A stretch of DNA of 64,000 nucleotides from Amphiscolops sp. MND2022 (Eukaryota), in NCBI GenBank assembly GCA_964187785.1, contig OZ076409.1, forward strand, positions 61,940,001-62,004,000, written 5' to 3'. The translations under genes and the position numbers were made by a program. Positions 51,490 to 62,300 of the stretch are shown in pieces. The notes beneath the pieces are model-generated. The model was given only the letters and a program-made list of their open reading frames with translations. It had not been told where the DNA came from and made no database searches. Numbering within the stretch: the stretch's first letter is position 1; the number at the start of each line of letters is the position of its first letter.

Positions 51490-52387
51490 AATGTTGCAGC
51501 GACATACTGAAATCAAGCACTTTTAGACTAATGAGAGCATTTGCTGCTCTAGTGGATCTGACAAAGAAGTTGCTTTCACAGCCAACTTTTTTGGTTTTTG
51601 GAACATCAAAAAGCCCCAGAGTGGATGATGTTGTGTTCAGGTTACTCGTGGCAAGATTGTGATCGACATCAAGACAGCGGTTTTGCAGTTTCCATAGGGG
51701 TGGGCGGAAATAGGTCGAAGGAACGGGATCGAAAATCAGAGTTAGTCCTCAGGTCGACAGTACCAAATTTTTGAATGGGATCGAAACAACTCGGATCGAA
51801 ATTTTTATAACGTAGTCAGATATGTTCACATACCCCTAGTGCCCTGAATGCAGGAGCGAAGCGAAGCGGAGCGACGTGCCATATGGCCATGCCTCAATGT
51901 TGCTACTTGGCGAAGGGAGCGAAGCGACCGAGCCATACAACAAATACGATGGAATTCGACCGCATTCCATTCGATCCCTGTAATTCGATCAAAAGGTTCG
52001 ACCTCAGTCCTTTCGACCAGAAAAATTCGACCTATTTACAGCCACCCTTTCCATAGCAGTATGAGGTCGTTTTCCGCAAGCTGAAAACACAAGGGTAGAT
52101 AGGAATGACTCAAAAGGGCTGACATAACTTTTATCAGAACAAATCCATTTAAAAGCTCGCATTTGAAACTTTTCTAATTTTTTGAGGTAAGTAACTGAAG
52201 GCGACCATACAGGAGATCCATATAGAAGAACAGATACTACCAAAGAATGGTAAAGTAATTTCTTTCTGGGACTAGCGGTAGAAAAAGGGATATTTCGACG
52301 CATAAAGTTAAACACTCTGGTGCATTTGGCGAGTTTCGTTTCAATATGGTTCGTTTCAATATGGTCTTTGCTCCTGTTCGACCTCAC
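51490..52387 (-). mobile_element. Degraded LINE ORF2 C-terminal fragment, interrupted by a MITE
   Basis: LLYHSLVVSVLLYGSPVWSP....KLEKFQMRAFKWI. It continues past the MITE as ...NFFVRSTRAANAL. Confidence 0.75.
51698..52047. mobile_element. Mutator(MULE)-type MITE, copy 1
   Basis: 9-bp TSD TTTCCATAG and TIR GGGTGG..AAATAGGTCGAA / TTCGACCTATTT..CCACCC. Confidence 0.85.
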
Positions 52388-53278
52388 TTAGCAAGATGGG
52401 AACATAAGCGGCCGCAAAGGACCGCGGGCCACTAGATGAAATGGGGAAATATCAGAGGCGCGTTTTATACTTAGTTCAAAATTCGAACACAGTGATTCGA
52501 ACTTGTTCCGTTTTTGGAAAATTCGAACTTAGTCCATTCGAAATTAAAATTCGAACTTATGCGTTCGAACTTATTACCGTGCCCCAAACCCCATGCCACC
52601 CTATATCCCGGGGCAGGGACGTTTCGTCACCAGCCATTTGGGCGACAAAAATTGCCGCCTATTACGGCGACAATTACGTCGCCAGAGTGTAAAAAAAAAC
52701 ACTGTATTGATCTTTGTTACTAAAATCATGCAAGATTCAGTAAAAAAGTAGTGTACAAATACAATTTAAAAATAGGCCCCTCCGGGGCTCAGTACTATTT
52801 CTGCTTTAATCTTTATTTTTTTAAAACAAAAAATCATTAATAAAAGAATCATATCTGGAATACCAATACACTCCTGTTTAATCATTACTTAGAGCACAAT
52901 TAATCACTGTACAAGTTTACACCGCCTTTAATTCTTCTCGGACTAAAGAAAATATAACTAAGCGTAGACGAAGTTTCGCATTCGCATTTGAATGCAGGCG
53001 AAGCTCTCAACGAACGAATAATTAACACTCATTCGCTTCATCTCAATGACGTCAGCATACGAATGGATAATTACCACTCGCTCGTTCTATCGCACTAGAA
53101 TTGAATTGTTGTCGGCAGCTTTCCCACGCTTACACTCACTGCCGAACAAAATATCTGAATTATTCAGTAGGACGAAATTTGACGACTGAAAAAAAAAAGG
53201 ACCAACTTTGAGGTTACAATAACATTCCTGCTAAAGCAGAAATATTAAAAATATTGAGGTCGAAATTAAAAAGAACAT

Positions 53279-54625
53279 TCATCTAAATTGATAATCCCTC
53301 CAACATTTTTTACCGTACTCGGGTGTATCCACTTCTCGTTCAAGTTGTTTGAGGAAAAAAACTTTGGTCTTGTTCTTTATAGTTGCATATGAGTACGATT
53401 TAGTTTTCAAGTTTTTCGGCAAGGTGTTCCATAGAGAGACGGTTTTCTTAAAAAAGCTATTTCTCATGAAAGTACTCTCACAGCGCCCAGTATATACAAG
53501 TATATCTGTTCTTTCAAGAAATCTGAGCTGAGTGGTTGATGGTTCATTTTCACCAATAAGAGCCGGGATCATTTTATTTTTCCATTTCCAAAAATAAAGT
53601 ACCGTTTTCATGTTGAGCAAATATCGTACCGGTAAGATTTTATACTGTAATTTCAGATCTGAGGAATGATCGTATTTAGTGCGAAAAAAACATGCCTTAA
53701 TAGCCCAGTTAAGTTGTTTCTCTAACGTGGTCATTAGATTTTCAGTAATTCCGGTCAAAAGAATAGCCGAGTACTGTAGATGACTAACTACCAATGCATT
53801 TAACAGCATCAATCGTGTTTTTTCAGGAAAAAGATCTCGTATTGAGTATAGACATTTGATACCACAACTCATTTTCTGCAAAATACTTTTTACTTCATCT
53901 TGAAATGTGAGACTCTGATCAAGGAAAATTCCCAGATATTTGACTGAGTTCGAATGTTTGATTATTTGATCTTTCACGTGCAATTTGTAACTTTTGACAT
54001 CGTTGTTTTTTGATGGTTTACAAAAAAGTATAAATTCTGTTTTGTCTGCATTGATTGTCAACCGATGGTTTTCAATAAAATGTATAAGTTGTTCAATATC
54101 TTTTTCCAACTTGTTGAGAGCATGATTTTCATCTTTATCAGAACATAATATCATGGTATCGTCTGCATATTGTACCAATTTACATTGATTGGAGATGGTC
54201 TGTTTCATACTATGTACATGAATATTGAAAAGTAATGGCCCTAATACGGTGCCTTGAGGAACACCTTGATATAATTCGATCCAATCAGAATTACATGAAT
54301 CCAGGGTGACTTTCTGAATTCTTCCCGTGATATAGTTCTTTATAACTGAAATTGCTTTGTCCTCGAAATTGAGTTCCTTTAATTTTTCAAAAAGGATGCA
54401 GTGTGATATTGAATCAAACGCCTTTGATAAATCAAGGAAAGCGGCCGCTACAATGTTTTTTTCATCAATTTGTTTTCGAATGGTCTCTGTTGCGAAAAGC
54501 AGCGCATCTGCTGATGAAAAATGAGAGCGAAAACCGAACTGACTGTAACTTAAAAGATTATTTTTGTTCAAAAATTCGACGATTTGATCCTTCAGAACGG
54601 TTTTCAATGATATTTGTGATTTCAA
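53279..54625 (-). mobile_element. 5'-truncated non-LTR retrotransposon (CR1/L2-like) RT ORF2, open for 448 codons
   Basis: QFGFR, FLDLSKAFDSI, GVPQGTVLGPLLF, QYADD, KYLG, FF....LWNTLP. The probable 3' UTR extends to an AATAAA near 52812. Confidence 0.93.
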
Positions 54626-55258
54626 TGATTTAGTGTCCCGTTGACTAAATCGCCAAATATGTTCACATACCTTTAGCGCCCTAATTGCAGGAGCGAAGCG
54701 ACGTGTAATATGACCATGCCTCCAATTTGCTACTTGGCGAAGGGAGCGAAGCGACCGAGCCTTTTACCAAACATGCAAACCTCTTCAAACAAATCAGTTG
54801 ATTGATCAATTTAATCATCCCATTTGGTGGACAAATTTCTCGCCCATTTGACCGACGCTACATTGTCGCCCAAATAGTTTGTGACGAAGTGTCCCTGACA
54901 CTAAATCCCAGTTGCAACAAAAACCAATCAATAAACTTCTCATACAGCCACCATCCCAGTCAACAGACAGAACCAAGATTAAGTTTTGAAAGAAAGCTGC
55001 GATATAAAGGCTTAAAAGGATAACTGTCATGGGGGAAAACTTCCTGCAGGAAGTGTCTATTTGACAAGAGAACGTTTTAATTTACCATTGGAGTTTATCT
55101 GATTTCTATTTGATAAGCATTCACTTGAAGCATACATAAAACAAGTGGGCTAAGATAAACGCCAAAACGACAATATATACGATTTCCGGACGTTTCGGCA
55201 AAAAAATATGCCGAAACATCTCAGGCTAAAAACATTTGCCGAAACGTTTCGTATGATT

Positions 55259-56225
55259 TGTGGGGCATATCCGGTGTATGCACGCTCGCCCTCACCGTCG
55301 CAAAGACCAGCTCCCACTACGATAAAAAACAAAACCAAGATAATACGAGAGGTTTCGGCATGAAAAATTTGCCGAAACGTCTCGAAGTTTTTTTGCCGAA
55401 ACTTCCTGTTCCCATATAAACTAGTATTAATATCTCAGGAATGAAATATAATTTACATTCGTAACACTCCTTCCCGCTTCGAAAGTTTGTAGTTCGTCGC
55501 CAACCCAATGTCGCCCAGGTATGTAGGTAGTCCTGGCTACGTGGAATCAGGTCTAATGAAATAGATCTAAGAGAGGGGGCAAAACTGAGATTTAAATAAA
55601 TTGATCTAAATAATCAGGTCTAAAAATCTTCTAATTTGAGAAAAAAAGTCAATTATGATCTAAAACTAAAAAAGGGTGGGCGGAAATAGGTCGAAGGAAC
55701 GGGATCGAAAATCAGAGTTAGTCCTCAGGTAGACATATCAAATTTTTGAATGGGATCGAAACAACTCGGATCGAAATTTTTATAACGTAGTCAGATATGT
55801 TCACATACCCCAAGTGCCCTGAATGCAGGAACGAAGCGAAGCGACGTGCCATATGGCCATGCCTCAATGTTGCTACTTGGCGAAGGGAGCGAAGCGACCG
55901 AGCCATACAACAAATACGATAAAATTCGACCGCATTCCATTCGATCCCTGCACTTCGATCAAAAGGTTCGACCTCTGTCCTTTCGACCAGAAAAAATCGA
56001 CTTATTTACAGCCACCCACTAAAAAGTGATATAAAGTATAAAACGTGCCTCGGATATGTCCCCATTTCCTCTAGTGCCCCTTGGGGCCGCTTATACTCCC
56101 ATCTTGATAAGCGAGGTCGAACAGGAGGAAAGACCTAGCGGGAACGGAGATCGCGAAGTGATCGTAGTGGGAGCTGGTCTTTGCGACGGTGAGGGCGAGC
56201 GTGCATACATCCCATATGCCCCACA
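55259..56225. repeat. Segment bounded by 65-bp inverted repeats TGTGGGGCATAT... / ...ATATGCCCCACA (dispersed repeat family)
   Basis: 55259-55323 matches the reverse complement of 56161-56225 at 61/65 nt. Related ends occur at 51264-51360 and ~1680-1800. No clear TSD. Confidence 0.7.
55674..56017. mobile_element. MULE-type MITE, copy 2
   Basis: Same sequence as 51698-52047, with near-TSD ACTAAAAAA/ACTAAAAAG. A partial third copy lies at ~54640-54770. Confidence 0.82.
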
Positions 56226-56369
56226 TTATATTTTCGCTTTCAGAACACATATTAGATCATAAAGGGGTTAGACCTAAGTATTTTAGATAAAATTAGATCT
56301 GAAAGTTAGACCTAACAGTTAGATCTAATTCCATTGGACCCAAGCAGTTAGATCGAAGGCGTACACTCC

Positions 56370-59300
56370 GGCCGCCAGCTGTCCTTGCAATATTTTACCG
56401 GTTGACTGATTTTTTCTTGAGCAAACGCAGCTTTGAAGCGTTGATAAAGCTCGGTAGCCTCGTCGCGCCAAGGAACATTGAAAACATGAAATTCATAGTT
56501 CTTGGTAGGGATCTCGTAAAAAACTTGAAGCCACAAGAAAGACTGGTGGTTGCAGTGCGTCTCAGCACAGATCTAGCCAGCATCCGAGCGCCTCCATTAT
56601 TGGACCAAACGGCCTGTTTATTCTCAACAATATTTCAACTTATCACTATCAAAGCCGGTTACATTATCCTGTTTTATCTGAAGCTGATGCCAGACAGCTC
56701 CCAGTAAAAAACAACAGTATAGGAGATTCAAGCCACCTGTATAAGGGCTATTTTCTCACAATCATGTTGAGGTCGCGTTGTTATACTGGTAGCTTATATA
56801 TAAGTGGCTTGAATTGCCAATAGTGCTGTCTTCGGTGGTGGCGTAATTGCCAATAACGCTGTGTGGCATCAACTTCAGACGGAAAGGGATAGTGCAAGAA
56901 CAGCGTTGTTGGTGATAAGTTGCACGATTGATGAAATGATTGGTAAATCTGTCTTGAGATGTTTGACTCCTGTATAAGCTCTTTTCCCACAATCAATTAT
57001 GTCAAGTTTGGGCTGTTATATGATGTGATTTTTATACTGATTTTTATATCTTTAGTTAGCTGTAATCGATGTTCGTTAGAAAACGCTTGGCTTTATTTAG
57101 GATGTCGATGTCCCTTTGGTATGTGAACACTAGCTTTTATTAAAACGTGTTTTGAGACCGGGAGTAAGACGATTGGTGTCTCCAGACGTGAAGAAAGTTC
57201 AAGGTTAGCATGCTCAAAATAATGGCTGCCAGTTCAATGTACAAATCTTTTGAAGATCAAATTAGTTTGCCTAAACAACTACGAGAACTCGTCCATGCCG
57301 GTCCTGGTTTTAGTCAGAGTCAGTGAACAAGACAAAAGGAGTTTACAACTATCTGAAGTCTGATAACTGAAAAATATGAGAATAATCCTCTTGTGTGATC
57401 TGACTAACAAAACTACAACAACCACAGAAGTAACAACTAACAACTCGAAAGTTTAACTCAGCTGTTGGCTTCATTGCGATATCTCACAAACTTATTTGGC
57501 GAAGTGTATTGTAAATGTACAAGGTCACCGAATGTCTTTGAACACCTGAGAACATTGGACTGCCCAGTCATCGAAGTTAAAACAGTTATTATGACCAAGT
57601 CAGCGCAGTGCAGTGAAGTTCTCATTGAGAAATACAAAACTTTGCATCAAATCAGCGATCTTGAACTCAGATCTCTGCTGGGTTTAGTCCTACATTACTG
57701 CCCGATTTTGAAGAAGGTCTTGAAAACACCAGGCACCAAGCGAAGAACTCACGGGCAGCGCAGAGAGGCTGAGCAAAATAGGGAAGACAACTAAAAGTTA
57801 CTTTTCAGAGTCTTGGACTCACAGACGCTGTTGTTACCTCAAAATGGCTTTTCGAAATAAAGGTGAGCTTTAAGAGTCTTGGACTCGAGGCCCCAATAGT
57901 ATTTCTTAACCATGAAGACGTAAATTGTTCGAATTGTGTTATTTGGAATAGTCATCACCAAAATCAATGGGAAAACCAGAATTGAACCTCATTGAGCCCG
58001 ATCAAGCACTTATGTGGCACAAGGCGTTTGAGGCCCGAGCGCGTGTTGAAAAGAAAAAAGACATCGACGCATTACCTGGAAGTAGTGGGCCGCCAGTTGT
58101 GGCTGCCTTTGCAAATACTTTTAGGTGACTGATTGTTTCATGATCCAATGCGACTTTGGGGCGTTGATAAAGCACGGTAGCCTCGTCGCGCCAAGAATCA
58201 ATGAAGACATGAAATTCATTGTCATTCGAAGGGTTCTGATAAAATACCTAAGCCACAAGAGAGTCTGGTGGTTGAAGTGCGTCTCAAGGCAGATCTAGCT
58301 AGCATTCACGCGCCTTCATGAGTAGACCAAATGGCCTGTTTATTCTATTCTCAACGATATTTCTACTTGTCACTATCTACGCTGTTGTTACATCATCCCG
58401 TTTTAACTGAAGTCGATGCCAGATAGCTCCCAGTAGAACAAATACCTATTGGGGATTCAAGCCATTTATGTAAGGGCTATTTTCTCACAATCATGTCGAG
58501 GTTGTTTGTTATACTGGTAGCTATTAAATAAGTGGCTTGAATCGCCAGTAGTGTTGTTAGCTACTGGAATCTGTCTGGCATCAGCATCAGTTAAAAGGGG
58601 ACAGTGTATCAAAGGCGTTGTTAGTGATAAGTCGAACGATTGATGAAATGATTGGTAGATCTGTTTCCAGATGCACGTTTGATTCCTGTGATGGTTTTTT
58701 TCTCAATCATGCCAAACTTGGGTTGTTATGTGATGTGATTTATACACTAATTTATCTATCTTTGTTTAGCTGTAATCGGTGTTTTTTAGAAAATGCTTCG
58801 CTTTTTTTAGGTGTTGATGTCCTTTTGGTACGTGAACACTAGCTTTTTTTGAACCGTGTTTTGATCTGCAGTGAGTACAACAATTGGTTTCCAAAAACGA
58901 AAAAACTTCAAGTTTAGCATGCTCAAAGTCAGTGCTGCCAGTTCACTGTACAATTCCCTTGAAGACTTTCAACTTAGTTTGTCTATACAACTACGAGACT
59001 TTGTCCAAGCCGGTCCCTGTTTTGGTAAGTACCCAGAGTCAGTGAACAAGACAAAGTTCCTTTACAACTATCTCAAGTCTGAAAACAAAAAATTAGAGAC
59101 TAATCTTGTGGCACGATCTGATTAACAAAACTACAACACCCAATAGAAGTAACAACTATCAACCTCAAAGTGTAACTCAGCTGTTGGCTTCATTGTGATA
59201 TCTCACAACTTTTATGGCGGAGTGTTTTGTCAACGTACAAGGTTACCGAAACTCTTTGAACACCTGCGAATAGTGGACTGCCCAATCGTCGAAATTACGA

Positions 59301-62300
59301 CAGATATTAGACCAGGTCAGAGCAGCGCAGTGAAGTTCTCGTTGAGAAATACAACGCTCTGCATCAATACAGCAATCTTGAACTCAGGTCCTGCAGGGTT
59401 TAGTCCTACATTACTACCCGAATTTGAGAAAAATCCTGAAAACACAAGGCACCAATCGAAGAAATCACGAGCAGCGCAGATAAACTAAGCGAAAAAAAAA
59501 GAAGACAACTAAAGTCGAGTTTTTAGAGTTTCGGACTCAGAGCTGCTGTTGTTACCTCAAAATAGCTTTCCAGATTAACGGTGACATTTTAGAGTCTTGG
59601 GCTCGAGGCCCCATTAGTAATTCTTAGCCACGAAGACGTAAATTGTTCAAATCATGTTTTTTTTAATAGTCATCACCAAAATGAATGGGAAAACTGGAAT
59701 TGAGCATCAAGCAACCCGATCAAGCACTTATGTGGCACAATGCGTTGAAGGCGCGAGAACGTGTTGAATGAAAAGGGACATCGCTGCATTACCTGGAAGT
59801 AGTGGGCCGCCAGCTGTGGCTACCCTTGCAAAACATTATCAAGTGACTGACTTTTTTATGAGCCAATGCGGCTTTGAAGCGTAGATAAAGCTCGGTAGCG
59901 TCGTCGCGTCAAAAAACATTGAAGACATGAAATTCGTAATTATTGGTTGGGATCTCATAAAGTACCTGAAGTCACAAAAGAGTCTGGTGGTTGCAGTGCG
60001 TCTCAAGACAGATCAAGCTAGCATTCAAGCGCCTTTATGATTAGACCAAACGGCCTATTTATTCTCAAAAACATATCAACTTATCACTATCAAAGCCGTT
60101 GTTACATTATCCTGTTTTATCTGAAGCTGATGCCAGACAGCTCCCAGTAAAAAACAACAGTATAGGAGATTCAAGCCACCTGTATAAGGGCTATTTTCTC
60201 ACAATCATGTTGAGGTCGCGTTGTTATACTGGTAGCTTATACATAAGTGGTTTGAATTGCCAATAGTGCTGTCTTCGGTGGTGGGGTAATTGCCAATAAC
60301 GCTGTGTGGCATCAGCTTCAGTCAGAAGGGTATAGTGCAAGAACAGCGTTGTTGGTGATTAGTCGCACGATTGATGAAATTATTGGTAGTTCTGTCTTGA
60401 GATGTTTGACTCCGGTATAAGCTTGTTTCCCACAATCAATTATGTCAAGTTTGGGCTGTTATATGATGTGATTTTTATACTGACTTTTATATCTTTAGTT
60501 AGCTGTAATCGATGTTCGTTAGAAAACGATTGGCTTTATTTAGGATGTCGATGTCCCTTTGGTATGTGAACACTAGCTTTTATTAAAACCTGTTTTGATC
60601 TGCCGAAAGTATGACAATTGGTGTCTCCAAACGTGAAGAAAGTTCAAGGTTAGCATGCTCAAAATCATTGCTGCCAGTTCAAGGTACAAATCTTTTGAAG
60701 ATCTTCAAATTAATTTCCCTAAACAACTTCGAGAACTCGTCCATGCCGGTCCTGGTCTTAGCCAGAGTCAGTGAACAAGACCAAAGGAGATTACAACTTT
60801 CTCAAGTCTGGAAACTGAAAAATATGAGAATAATCCTCTTGTAAGATCTGACTAACAAAACTACAACAACCACAGAAGTAACAACTAACAACTCCAAAGT
60901 GTAACTCAGCTGTTGGCTTCATTGCGATATCTCACAAACTTACTTGGCGAAGTCTATTGTAAACGTACAAGGTCACCGAAGATCTTTGAACACCTGAGAA
61001 CATTGGATTGCCCAGTCATCGAAGTTAAGACAGATATTATGACCAAGTCAGCGCAGTGCAGTGAAATTCTCATTGAGAAATACAAAACTTTGCATCAAAT
61101 CAGCGATCTTGAACTCAGATTTCTGCTGGGTTTAGTCCTACATTACTGCCCGATTTTGAAGAAGGTCTTGAAAACACGAGGCACCAAGCGAAGAACTCAC
61201 GGGCAGCGCAGAGAGGCTGAGCAAAATAGGGAAGAAAACTAAAGGTTACTTTTCAGAGTCTCGGACTCAGAGACGCTGTTGTTATCTCAAAATGGTTTTT
61301 CGAAATAAAGGTGAGCTTTAGGAGTTTTGGACTCGAGGCCCCATTAGTATTTCTTAGCCATGAAGACGTAAATTGTTCAAATTGTGTTTATTTCAAATAG
61401 TCATCACCAAAATTAATAGGAAAACCAGAATTGAACCTCAATGAACCCGATCTAGCACTTATGTGGCGCAAAGCGTTTGAGGCGCGAGCGCTTGTTGAAA
61501 AGAAAAAGGACATCGACGCATTACTTGGAAGTAGTGGGCCGCCAGTTGTGGCTGCCTTTGCAAAATACTTTTAGGTGACTGATTGTTTAATGAGCCAATG
61601 CGACTTTGGGGCGTTGATAAAGCCCGGTAGCCTCGTCGCGCCAAGAATCAATGAAGACATGAAATTCATTGTCATTCGTAGGGTTCTGATAAAATACCTA
61701 AGCCACAAGAGAGTTTTGTGGTTGAAGTGCGGTTGAAGTGTGGTTGTATCACCAGTAGTGTTGTTATCGAGAAGGTGATTGTGTAGAAACGGCGTTGATA
61801 GTGATAAGTCTAACGATTGTTGAAATAATTGGTAGATCTGGCTTGAGATGCGTGTTTGATTCCTATATAGGCTCTTATTTGACAATCATGTCAAACTTGT
61901 GTTGTTATCTGATGTGATTTGTATCCTGTTCATACATCTTTAATAAGCTGCAATCTTTGTTCGTCAGAAAAGGCCTCGCTTTTCTTTAGATGTCGATGTC
62001 CCTTTGGTATGTGAACACTAGCTTTTATTGGAACGTGATTTGATCTGCAGGGAGTACGACAGATGGTGTCCAAAAACAACAAAATTTCAAGTTTAGCATG
62101 CTCAAAGTCAGTGCTGCCAGTTCACTGTACAATTCTTCCGAAGACCTTCAAGTTAGGTTGCCTAAACAAATAACTAGCACTCGTCCATGCTGGTCCTGGT
62201 CTTAGCAAGAGTCAGTGAACAGACTAAAGGAGATTACAACTTTCGTTCATAGTCGTCCGTGAGGATCTCGAAAATTACCTGAAGCCACAAAAAATAATGG

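Noticed and set aside
57285..57305. HDV-ribozyme-like words (minus-strand GACCGGCATGG; + strand GCCTCGTCGC at ~56457)
   Set aside because: The P1/P3/P1.1 partners needed for the nested double pseudoknot could not be found.
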